DNA of 44,489 bases from Nitrospiraceae bacterium (lineage in GTDB: Bacteria > Hydrogenedentota > Hydrogenedentia > Hydrogenedentales > SLHB01). The stretch spans positions 1-44,489 of the forward strand of contig JAACEL010000001.1 of NCBI GenBank assembly GCA_011682535.1. The letters run 5' to 3'. Positions 8,290 through 16,396 of this stretch are shown here, in pieces (the first letter of the stretch is position 1; each line of letters opens with the position of its first letter). A program made the position numbers and the translations under genes. A model generated the notes under the pieces. It made no database searches. It had not been told where the DNA came from and was given only the letters and a program-made list of their open reading frames with translations.

Positions 8290-8685
8290 TCAGGCAGAGC
8301 CCTTGACTTCCATGACCGCGCCAACACCCTCGAGGGCCTCTTTGATCTTGTTGGCTTCGTCTTGGTCGATGCCTTCCTTGACCGGGGTGGGAGCGCCGTC
8401 GACCAGGGCCTTGGCTTCTTTGAGTCCCAGACCCGTGAGGGCGCGGACTTCCTTGATGACCTGGATCTTCTGCGAGCCGATTTCCTTGAGGAGGACATCG
8501 TAGGAACTCGGACCTTCGTCTTCGCCCGCGTCGCCCGCGCCGGCCATCATGGGCATGGCGCCCATCATCATCGGGGCAGCCGCCTCGACGCCGAACTTCT
8601 CTTCGAGGGCCTTGATCAGTTCACTCAGCTCGAGCACGGAAAGCTCTGCAATCTGTTCGATGATCGCGTCCAATTTCTCTGACAT
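8290..8685 (-). CDS. rplL: 50S ribosomal protein L7/L12
   Basis: MSEKLDAIIEQIAELSVLELSELIKALEEKFGV...KIQVIKEVRALTGLGLKEAKALVDGAP...EALEGVGA is unmistakable L7/L12. Confidence 0.97.
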   Translation of the reverse strand: MSEKLDAIIEQIAELSVLELSELIKALEEKFGVEAAAPMMMGAMPMMAGAGDAGEDEGPSSYDVLLKEIGSQKIQVIKEVRALTGLGLKEAKALVDGAPTPVKEGIDQDEANKIKEALEGVGAVMEVKGSA

Positions 8686-8736
8686 GTCTCGTATATCCTT
8701 TCGTTTGAGCGCGGCGCGTGGGCCGCGGGACGCGCG

Positions 8737-9273
8737 CTACGCGGCGGCGCCTTCTTCTTCTTTCTGCTTCTTGATTTGATCCAGCACGTTGACAAAGTTA
8801 CGCGGTACTGCGTTGAGGGTACCCACGAAGTTGCGCAGCGGGGCCGCAATCGTGCCGACGAGCTGGGCAAGGAGCACTTCGCGCGTCGGCAGCGAGGCCA
8901 GCACCTCAATCTGTTCCTTGGAGACGACCTTTCCTTCGAGCACGCCGCCGTTGAGGATGATGGCTTTAGCTTCCTTGGTAAAGTCTTTCAGGATACGGGC
9001 CGGGGTTACGGGGTCTTTGCAGAACGCCCACGCCGTGGGGCCATCCATGAAGGCGGCTGCGTCCAAGAGGTCCAACTCGTCCAGCGCGCGGCGCACCAGT
9101 GTGTTCTTATAGACTTTGAACGTGACTTGTCCGGCGCGGAGCTTGCTCCGAAGTTCAGTCGCCTGGGCCACGTTGATTCCCTTGTACTGTGTGGCGATGG
9201 CGATCGTGTTGTTCTGAATGCGATCCTTCAGTTCCGCGACGGCATCAATCTTTTCCTGTTTAGGCAAACCCAA
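8737..9273 (-). CDS. rplJ: 50S ribosomal protein L10
   Basis: PKQEKIDAVAELKDRIQNNTIAIATQYKGINVAQATELRSKLR...VYKNTLVRRAL is typical L10. The maximal ORF starts at TTG 9273. TTG 9267 is better spaced from the GGAGGTGA RBS. Confidence 0.95.
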   Translation of the reverse strand: MGLPKQEKIDAVAELKDRIQNNTIAIATQYKGINVAQATELRSKLRAGQVTFKVYKNTLVRRALDELDLLDAAAFMDGPTAWAFCKDPVTPARILKDFTKEAKAIILNGGVLEGKVVSKEQIEVLASLPTREVLLAQLVGTIAAPLRNFVGTLNAVPRNFVNVLDQIKKQKEEEGAAA

Positions 9274-9452
9274 TCACCTCCCTTCCGAAATCATTTCACA
9301 AAAAAACTGTCCCGCACCATCGAAGACGGTACGGGACAAGGCAATCCAATCGTAGCTGGCAGCTCAGTCCGCGGTCTCGGCAGGCATCATTAAGGCTCAG
9401 GGTTTCACACCCCCAGCCGCCGGCGGTCTTCGACTCGGCATTTCTGTTGCGA
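9274..9452 (-). promoter_or_regulatory. rplJ 5' leader (candidate L10-leader-type attenuator)
   Basis: A leader of about 175 nt lies between the predicted promoter and rplJ. It ends in an intrinsic terminator. An upstream segment (GTCTTCGA at 9426-9433 on + strand numbering) is complementary to the terminator loop/arm (TCGAAGAC at 9320-9327). Confidence 0.5.
9300..9337 (-). terminator. Intrinsic terminator/attenuator hairpin immediately upstream of rplJ
   Basis: The minus-strand RNA is GUCCCGUACC-GUCUUCGAU-GGUGCGGGAC-AG-UUUUUUU. The stem is 10 bp with one G-U pair, followed by a 7-U tract. It lies about 27 nt upstream of the rplJ start. Confidence 0.7.
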
Positions 9453-9458
9453 GACAAA

Positions 9459-9488
9459 ACATTAGCAAATAACGGCGTAGGAAGTCAA
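9459..9488 (-). promoter_or_regulatory. Sigma-70-type promoter candidate for the rplJ-rplL unit
   Basis: Minus strand: TTGACT (9488-9483), 18-nt spacer, TAATGT (9464-9459). Confidence 0.5.
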
Positions 9489-9898
9489 ACGCGGTACGGA
9501 TTTTGGATTGGCGGCATACGCAGACGTTCACCAATCAGGTGACAGCGGGAAGTACCAAAGAACGAATTTCGTAACGCCACCGGGCAATGTAAGGCTAATC
9601 TTAGCGCATATATTGTAACCGTTCAGGCTGGAACTCTTGCGAGAAACCGCCATTCCCCCATGTTTTCGAAGCGGCGACGCACGCTGTAACTCATTTAGCC
9701 CCAAGCATCGTACGTGGTTCCGCACCGGGAAGCCGCCGCGCAAGACACCAGGGCATGGGGATTAACGTGGAATTGTGACCGCGCTATGTAGTACAATCCC
9801 GCTGCCAAGGGGCGAGATGCGTGGGGGTAACGGATCCGAACGGCCACTGTATAGTACGCAGTTTGATGTCATCTCCTTTGTCATTCTGAAAGGGCAAT

Positions 9899-10798
9899 AT
9901 GGGCGACCCCTACGGTAGCGAGAAAACCGAACAGCGGTATGAGCAAGAATGGACTATTCCCACTATTTCAGCCTGGGGATGGGTGCCGCTGCGCGTGTTC
10001 CGACGGTTCGTGGCAAGTCTGGGTTGGACGATCCTGTGTTATCTGGTCATGCTGTGCGTGACCCCGGTCGCGTGGGTAGCCCCCGCCTACGGCAAGAAGC
10101 TCCGCAAAGCCGTGGCAATGACGTGGCACAAGACGCTTCCCCTCCTGTTCGGGTTGCGAGTGACGACTATCGGCCGCAAGCCCGAGGAGCAGTTCTTCTT
10201 GGTCGGCAACCACATCTCGTGGATCGACCTGTTCGCACTGCCGCCACGTGAGAGCACCCGCTACGTGGCCATGGCGGAAACGGCCAGTTTCCCCATCATC
10301 GGCCGGCTCATGAACGGCTTGGAACCCATCTACGTGCGCCGCAAGCGCGAGGACACGCCTCGCGTTCTCGGCGAGATAATCGCCGCACTCGAACGCGGCG
10401 AGGATGTCCAGATGGCCCCCGAGGCCGTGATCTCCCCCGGACGCCAGGTCAAGTGGTTCCACGCCGCCTTGCTCGAAGCTGCCGTGCAGACCCGGACGCC
10501 CGTCCACTACTGCAGCATCACCTACCGCACCCCCAAGGGCTCGCAGCCGCCTTCCGAAACGATGATCTACGGTCCCGATCCCTACTATCGCTCTCCGAAG
10601 GGAAAGCTCTCCCCCGAGGAGCTCGCCGCGTGGGGCCCCAAGCGTTCCTTCCTCACCCACCTCATCATTCTGCTGGCCCTTCCCTACCAGGAGATCGTCG
10701 TGCGCTTTGGCCGCGACCCCATCTGGCGTGATGACAGAATCACCCTCGCCAACGACCTCCAGAAGGCTATCCAGGACATCTTCACCCCGATTCACTGA
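9899..10798 (+). CDS. Lysophospholipid / 1-acyl-sn-glycerol-3-phosphate acyltransferase family protein
   Basis: HX4D catalytic motif NHISWID, with downstream FPIIGRLM and PEAVISPG blocks. N-terminal hydrophobic anchor. Confidence 0.75.
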   Translation: MGDPYGSEKTEQRYEQEWTIPTISAWGWVPLRVFRRFVASLGWTILCYLVMLCVTPVAWVAPAYGKKLRKAVAMTWHKTLPLLFGLRVTTIGRKPEEQFFLVGNHISWIDLFALPPRESTRYVAMAETASFPIIGRLMNGLEPIYVRRKREDTPRVLGEIIAALERGEDVQMAPEAVISPGRQVKWFHAALLEAAVQTRTPVHYCSITYRTPKGSQPPSETMIYGPDPYYRSPKGKLSPEELAAWGPKRSFLTHLIILLALPYQEIVVRFGRDPIWRDDRITLANDLQKAIQDIFTPIH

Positions 10799-10892
10799 CC
10801 GGTCGAAACCCGAACGCCGGGTGGCATATTGTGGCGCGCCCGCCGCGTGGAAGTTATCCGGGGATTTGCCGCCCTCCGCTTGTTCCGTTGAA

Positions 10893-10997
10893 TCAGTAGA
10901 CGAGTTCGCTTCCCAGAATGGGTGGGGCCATACTCCCTCCGTTGGCGCCGCCCGCGGTGGCCATCACGATCAGCGCGGATATTGCGTGCAATCCCAT
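10893..10997 (-). CDS. Candidate small ORF (34 aa, hydrophobic) downstream of the acyl-CoA ligase
   Basis: ATG at 10997 is preceded by GGAGG (11007-11003) with a 5-nt spacer. The product is MGLHAISALIVMATAGGANGGSMAPPILGSELVY. About 24 of 33 third codon positions are G/C. It lies 25 nt after the ligase stop and is below the length cut-off of the ORF track. Confidence 0.3.
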   Translation of the reverse strand: MGLHAISALIVMATAGGANGGSMAPPILGSELVY

Positions 10998-11022
10998 GCC
11001 GGCCTCCAATCAAGGCCGCGGG

Positions 11023-12612
11023 TCATGGTCCTTTCTTCTCGATCTCCTCGCGCAAGGCACGCTTGCTGATCTTGCCGTTGGCCAACAGCGGCAACTGAGT
11101 GCGGAACTCGAACTGCTTAGGCACCTTGAAATTGGCCAGATGATGGCCGCAGTGCGCGCGCAGGCCAGCCTCGGTAAGCTCACAACCGGGCTTGAGCGCC
11201 ACAAAGGCGCAGCCCACTTCCTGAAACACTTCGTCGGGCACGCCGATGACGGCCGCCGCCAGGACGCTGTCGTGCAACTCGATGATGGCCTCCACTTCGC
11301 GCGGGAACACGTTCTCGCCGCCGGTCTTGAACATCTCCGACTTACGTCCGGAGATGTAGATATAGCCGTCGGCGTCTTTGTAGGCGAGGTCGCTCGTGTA
11401 GAACCAGCCGTCATCGTCGATGACGGCTGCCGTGGCGCGGGGATTGTTCCAGTATTCCTTCATGAGAAACGGACCGCGCACGGCGATCTCGCCGACCGTG
11501 CCGTCGGCGACCTCGTTACGGGTTTCGTTGACGATCCGCAAATCGAATCCATCGGGCGCCTTGCCCGCGCTCTTGACAAGGCGTTCCACCGAGTCGTCGG
11601 GCTCGGTGTAGGTAATGAAGCCCGATGTCTCCGTCATCCCGAATCCCGTCACGAGCAACGCGCCAGTCGACTTGCGGATCTCGACGAGGGCGTCGACGAC
11701 GATCTCGGGAACCCCGGCGCCGCCCCACACGAAGGTGCGAACACGGCTGAAGTCCATGTCCTTGAACATCGGCAGCTTCATCTCGAGTAGATACATCGCC
11801 GGCACTTGGCCGATGAGGGTAATCCGTTCCTCCTTGATTATTTCGAGTGTGTGCGCCGGGTCGAAGTGATCCATGAAGACGAGTGCCGCGCCGGCGTATA
11901 TGGCGGCGAACCCCAATTCGACGTCCGCAGCGACGTGGTTGATGGGGAAGTGGAGCAGCGTCCTGCAATCTTCATCGATCTGGAACCGGGGCGCCTCGAT
12001 GGCGATGTTCTTGATGATGCTGTCGTGTGTGAGTACAACGCCCTTGGGACGTCCAGTGGAACCGGAGGTATACAGCAACAGGGCATTGTCGGCGCTCGAC
12101 ACCTGAGCGGCGCGGTCGGCCAGTGTCTGGTCGAGGTGTTCACGCGGCTGGCCGATACAGTCGGCAAAGCTCATGGCGCCCGCGGGCGCCTGCCCGATGA
12201 TGAGGCACGTCTCAAGCGTGTCAACCGATTCCAGCGCCCGCGCGGCCAAGCCGGCTACGTCGATGCCTGCGTGCTCGTCAAGGGCGATGAGCACCTTCGC
12301 ACCGCAGTCGTCGAGCATGTAGGCCAGCTCTTTGTCGGTGAACTTAGGCGAGAGGCCCAGCCACATGGCGCCAATCTTGTTGGCCGCCATGTAAGAGGTC
12401 ATGAACTCGTTGCGCGCCATCCCCAGAAAAGCGATGCGGTCGCCTTTCGCCACACCGAGTTCGAGGTAGGCCTTGGCCACCAGATCCATCTGGCGGGCGA
12501 ACTCGGCCCAGGTCAGACGTTCGTCCTGGAATACGAGCGCCTCGGCGTCTGGCTTGCGCTCGGCCCACTTCTCCACATACTGCCACGTCAACGGTGATTG
12601 CGGTGTGTGCAT
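11023..12612 (-). CDS. AMP-dependent acyl-CoA synthetase/ligase (FadD-like)
   Basis: AMP-binding signature LLYTSGSTGRPKGVVLTH, then GFGMTETSG, YTSDLAYKDADGYIYISGRKSEMFKTGGENV and the C-terminal LPLLANGKISKRAL. The start was chosen at MHTPQ (12612), 1 nt after the upstream stop. The longest ORF extends to 12654. Confidence 0.85.
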   Translation of the reverse strand: MHTPQSPLTWQYVEKWAERKPDAEALVFQDERLTWAEFARQMDLVAKAYLELGVAKGDRIAFLGMARNEFMTSYMAANKIGAMWLGLSPKFTDKELAYMLDDCGAKVLIALDEHAGIDVAGLAARALESVDTLETCLIIGQAPAGAMSFADCIGQPREHLDQTLADRAAQVSSADNALLLYTSGSTGRPKGVVLTHDSIIKNIAIEAPRFQIDEDCRTLLHFPINHVAADVELGFAAIYAGAALVFMDHFDPAHTLEIIKEERITLIGQVPAMYLLEMKLPMFKDMDFSRVRTFVWGGAGVPEIVVDALVEIRKSTGALLVTGFGMTETSGFITYTEPDDSVERLVKSAGKAPDGFDLRIVNETRNEVADGTVGEIAVRGPFLMKEYWNNPRATAAVIDDDGWFYTSDLAYKDADGYIYISGRKSEMFKTGGENVFPREVEAIIELHDSVLAAAVIGVPDEVFQEVGCAFVALKPGCELTEAGLRAHCGHHLANFKVPKQFEFRTQLPLLANGKISKRALREEIEKKGP

Positions 12613-12613
12613 G

Positions 12614-13504
12614 CTATTCGCCCCTTTCCTGGCCCGCGAGGCCCAGCACACCATCGCGGACTACCCTCTTTCCGGCCTCGTCGGTCACGTCGAAGAACGC
12701 GTCAACTCCGGCGTCTGTTCGCCGCCTTCCCAACAGGCGAATCGTAATCTCGGAACCCGGCTTCACCATACGCGCGAAGCGGGCATTGAGCGAACGGAGG
12801 CGGGCGGGATCGCCGTCCGCTTCCGCTCCCAGGATTTCCCGGACCGCTATCGACAGTGTCACCGAGCCTTGAAGCAATACGCCAGGCAATCCGACGAAGT
12901 GCGCGAACCGCACGGAAGTATGGATCGGAAACACCGTGTTCGTGCAGCCATCGTAGATATGGGCCGCGAGCGAGTCAATGTAGACGGGATTCCGCCATAC
13001 GGGCTGCGAGGTGTCGTCGAACTTGGGGACGGCGGGGAGGGCCCTGGAAGTGTGGGCCTGGTCGTCGCAGGTGACGCCCCGCAGGAGAGCCCCGCTGTAT
13101 TCGTCGAAGACGCGGTTTCCCGCGGCGTTGACGGCGGAGTAGCAGACCGTGAGCACGGTGCCGCTACGGTGGGGCAACAGGCCGACGACCTCGCCCTGGA
13201 TGGTGAGCTTGTCGTTGGGGCGCATGGGCGCGTGCCACACGAGGTATTCAGTGTAGTGTACCTGACGCTGGAGTACCTCCGGCGGAGGAAGGATATCCCA
13301 GAAGTCCTCGCGCCGCTCGCTGAAGGGCCAGGTAAGCGCGACCGCCAACATAGGCGGCGCGACAATACCGCCGCTTCGCTCGTCATCGAGGTAGTGGGGG
13401 TTGTTGTCGCCGGTTGCCGCCGCGAAGTTCATTGTCTGGCGCCACGTCAGGGCGGTTTCCAGACACTTCGAGCGTACGCCAACGAGATCGGAATCGATCT
13501 GCAT
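12614..13504 (-). CDS. MaoC-like (R)-specific hydratase/dehydratase, double hot-dog fold
   Basis: TMNFAAATGDNNPHYLDDE (MaoC N-terminal-type half) plus a C-terminal half with DGCTNTVFPIHTS...FVGLPGVLLQG. The start is at MQIDSD (13504). The upstream extension of the ORF overlaps the divergent sulfatase region and looks non-coding. Confidence 0.7.
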   Translation of the reverse strand: MQIDSDLVGVRSKCLETALTWRQTMNFAAATGDNNPHYLDDERSGGIVAPPMLAVALTWPFSERREDFWDILPPPEVLQRQVHYTEYLVWHAPMRPNDKLTIQGEVVGLLPHRSGTVLTVCYSAVNAAGNRVFDEYSGALLRGVTCDDQAHTSRALPAVPKFDDTSQPVWRNPVYIDSLAAHIYDGCTNTVFPIHTSVRFAHFVGLPGVLLQGSVTLSIAVREILGAEADGDPARLRSLNARFARMVKPGSEITIRLLGRRRTDAGVDAFFDVTDEAGKRVVRDGVLGLAGQERGE

Positions 13505-13599
13505 GCCAAGCCTCCTCAGGCCATTTCCCCATATTCCACAAAGGTAGCATTTTTCGGGAAGCGCGTTCCAGCAGCCGTAGGGCCTGAACCGCAGACCGA

Positions 13600-13628
13600 T
13601 TGACACGCACCAGCAAACGGTATAGGAT
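13600..13628 (+). promoter_or_regulatory. Sigma-70-type promoter candidate for the sulfatase-like gene
   Basis: TTGACA (13600-13605), 17-nt spacer, TAGGAT (13623-13628). About 60 nt upstream of ATG 13689. Confidence 0.4.
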
Positions 13629-13688
13629 CGGCCCGCAAGGGGTCTTCCACCATTGCGAGTCTTCAAGCAAACACCCAAGGAGGGTTCG

Positions 13689-15200
13689 ATGGGAGTATCT
13701 GACGGTTCCGCGCGTTTCCCCACACGGCGCCAAGCTTTGGTTGCGGGCGGGACCGCCCTGCTTGCGGGGACTCTCGGTTTCTCCGCCGGGTGTCGCGTGA
13801 AACGTTCCGCCACGTCGACGCGTGGTTCTAAGGACAAGCCAAACGTCATCGTCTATCTCGCCGATACTCTCCGGGCCGACCACCTGGGATGCTACGGGCA
13901 CAGCGTACCCACCACACCACATATCGATTCCTTCTCGGAGTCGGCTTTTTGGTTTGAGAAGTGTTTCTCCCAGGGCTCCTGGACCAAGCCGTCGATAGGG
14001 TCGCTCTTCACCGGAGTCCTGCCGCGTGTCCATCAGGCGGTGGCGACCGACTTGAACTGGAAAGACACTTGCGAACTGCCCGTTCAGACGCTTCGAAGCC
14101 AGTTCGTCACGCTCGCGGAGACCTTGCGTTCCGCCGGATATCACACGGGCCTGTTCTTGGCCAATCCTCAAGTTCAAAAAGAGTTCGGGTTTGCGCAAGG
14201 CTTCGACCACTATGTGTACAAGAGCGCTCACGAGACCGGGCAGCAGGTCAGCGAAGTCATTGCGTGGATAGCGACAGACAGGCAGTCCCCCTTCTTTGCA
14301 TTTGTCCACGAACTCGATCCCCATGGTCCCTATACGCCGCCCCCCATCGAGTACACGAAGCTCTACGGGGTCTCGATGGAAGAGGACCGGAACAGCCTGT
14401 CCATCGAGGACACCCGCTTACTCGACGCTCACGAGAGCTTCTATCTGCCTGCGAACGATTCAGCACCGAACTGCGATCCGGTTCCGCTGTGGGAGCTGTC
14501 ACCGGGAGGGCTGGCGTTCCTCAAACGACTCTACGATGCCGAAATCGCCCACGTTGACAGACACTTGGGGCGGTTACTCTCCTATCTCGATCGCAAGGGA
14601 TTGGCGCACAATACCGTGGTCGTACTCACCGCCGACCACGGCGAAGCCTTCAACGAACACGGCAAGTTCGGCCATGGAAATTCGATTTTCAATGAAGAGA
14701 TTCACGTGCCCCTTATTGTCCGCATCCCGGGCCAACAACGGGGCGGCCGTGTGCCCTATTCCGTCGCCCTCTACGATCTCTATCCGACACTGACGACGCT
14801 CACTGGTGCTTCCACACCCTCTTACGTACAGGCGAAGACCCTCGTCGATTCTGCCGGCGCCTGTGTCGTTGACAAGCATCGAGCCGTTTTCTCGGAACTG
14901 GATCATTATCGTCCGGACACGGATAGGTGGGACGCATGCGTCCAGCAAGGCTCGTACAAGGTGAGAACCCATCATGGCGGCCAAGGTATGACAGGACATA
15001 TCCTGACTCAGGACCGTGCGGAGGCGGTCGACCTGCTTGAGGGCAATGATGTCCATGGCAGCCATCTACGCGACCTGAGCGAAACATTGCGTACCACCAT
15101 CAAGGCAACCGGGACGCTGGCGGCCTCGTTTGGCGAAGCCGAATGGACCAACGCCGATGAGCATCACCGCGAGGAACTCAACGCGATCGGCTATCTCTAG
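13689..15200 (+). CDS. Sulfatase-like hydrolase/transferase (alkaline-phosphatase superfamily) with a Tat-type signal peptide
   Basis: The start at MGVSDG has an AAGGAGGG RBS. Twin-arginine motif TRRQALVAGG, with SAGC at the end of the signal peptide. Sulfatase N-terminal block KPNVIVYLADTLRADHLGCYG. The position of the C/S-x-P-x-R formylglycine motif reads T-K-P-S-I (SWTKPSIGSLFTG). Confidence 0.75.
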   Translation: MGVSDGSARFPTRRQALVAGGTALLAGTLGFSAGCRVKRSATSTRGSKDKPNVIVYLADTLRADHLGCYGHSVPTTPHIDSFSESAFWFEKCFSQGSWTKPSIGSLFTGVLPRVHQAVATDLNWKDTCELPVQTLRSQFVTLAETLRSAGYHTGLFLANPQVQKEFGFAQGFDHYVYKSAHETGQQVSEVIAWIATDRQSPFFAFVHELDPHGPYTPPPIEYTKLYGVSMEEDRNSLSIEDTRLLDAHESFYLPANDSAPNCDPVPLWELSPGGLAFLKRLYDAEIAHVDRHLGRLLSYLDRKGLAHNTVVVLTADHGEAFNEHGKFGHGNSIFNEEIHVPLIVRIPGQQRGGRVPYSVALYDLYPTLTTLTGASTPSYVQAKTLVDSAGACVVDKHRAVFSELDHYRPDTDRWDACVQQGSYKVRTHHGGQGMTGHILTQDRAEAVDLLEGNDVHGSHLRDLSETLRTTIKATGTLAASFGEAEWTNADEHHREELNAIGYL

Positions 15201-15331
15201 CCCGGCTTGGCGCCGTCCCGCGCGGCACATTCAACGGCATACTCAGCCCATTTAGCCGGTCCATTTGCATCGCGCCGGGGTGATGGGTATGCTTCTGCTT
15301 TCTACCGAACCTATGATCTGAGGAGACAACC

Positions 15332-16396
15332 ATGGTGGACGAACAACCCGGACTGAACTATCGGGCTGCGGGTGTCAATATTGACACCGCCAACCAGGCG
15401 CTGGCGGAAGTCAAGGACGTTGTAAGTAAGACATTTGACGATCGGGTACTGCGCGATATCGGCAGTTTCGGGGCGATGTACAGCCTTGATACCGCGAGTT
15501 TCGAGGAGCCGGTGCTCGTTGCGAGCGTCGATGGTGTCGGCACGAAATTGAAGATCGCATTCATGATGAACAAGCACGACACCGTGGGTGTCGACTTGGT
15601 GTCGCATTGCGTGAACGATATTCTGGTACAGGGCGCGCGCCCGTTGTTTTTCCTGGACTACCTGGCGGCGGGCGTGCTGGACCCGGAGGTGGCGGTCGAG
15701 GTCATTAAGGGCCTGGCGACTGGTTGCCGTTACGCGGGTTGTGCGCTGATCGGCGGCGAAACGGCCGAGATGCCGGGCATGTACAAGGCGGGCGAATACG
15801 ACTTGGCGGGGACGATCGTCGGGATCGTCGATCAGAAGAAGATCGTGGACGGCACGCGGGTGGTGCCGGGCGACGCGGTCATCGGACTGCCTTCGTCGGG
15901 CCTGCACACGAACGGCTACAGTCTGGCACGGAAAATCTGCTTCGAGGTGGCCGGGCTTGATTGCGGCGACCCGATGCCGGGTACCGGCCGCACGGTTGGC
16001 GAGGCGCTGCTGGAACCGCACCGCAGCTATGCGGCGTTGATACAGTTGCTGATGGCGGCGGCGGATGTGAAGGCAATGGCCCATATCACGGGAGGCGGGA
16101 TCACGGAAAATCTGCCGCGGTCGCTGCCGGACGGTGTGGGCGCCGAGATCGATCTGGGCGCGTGGAATGTGCCGCCGGTGTTCTCGTTCATGAAGACGGC
16201 GGGCGGCGTGGCCGATTTTGAGATGCTGCGCACCTTCAACATGGGCATGGGCTACCTGCTCGTGGTGTCCGAAGAGGATGCGGACCAGGCGATGGACGTG
16301 TTGCAGCAGACGGGTGAGGAAGCGGTTAGAATCGGACACACCGTGGCTGGCGCGGGCGAAGTAACCTACGTGGGGGCCTTGAAGTATGGCGAATAG
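15332..16396 (+). CDS. purM: Phosphoribosylformylglycinamidine cyclo-ligase (AIR synthetase)
   Basis: DGVGTKLKIA...GVDLVSHCVNDILVQGARPLFFLDYLA and HITGGGITENLPR are canonical PurM blocks. Confidence 0.95.
   Translation: MVDEQPGLNYRAAGVNIDTANQALAEVKDVVSKTFDDRVLRDIGSFGAMYSLDTASFEEPVLVASVDGVGTKLKIAFMMNKHDTVGVDLVSHCVNDILVQGARPLFFLDYLAAGVLDPEVAVEVIKGLATGCRYAGCALIGGETAEMPGMYKAGEYDLAGTIVGIVDQKKIVDGTRVVPGDAVIGLPSSGLHTNGYSLARKICFEVAGLDCGDPMPGTGRTVGEALLEPHRSYAALIQLLMAAADVKAMAHITGGGITENLPRSLPDGVGAEIDLGAWNVPPVFSFMKTAGGVADFEMLRTFNMGMGYLLVVSEEDADQAMDVLQQTGEEAVRIGHTVAGAGEVTYVGALKYGE

Noticed and set aside
9528-9743. 71-aa ORF in the 600-bp gap upstream of rplJ
   Set aside because: It has no RBS and its composition is unlike the coding regions here. 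It lies upstream of the predicted rplJ promoter. It is more likely non-coding spacer, though an unrecognised ncRNA in 9490-9850 cannot be excluded.
13383-14324. 313-aa minus-strand ORF overlapping the sulfatase-like gene and the maoC upstream region
   Set aside because: It has no recognisable motifs and overlaps a well-supported + strand CDS that has an RBS and a Tat signal. Its composition is that of a shadow frame.
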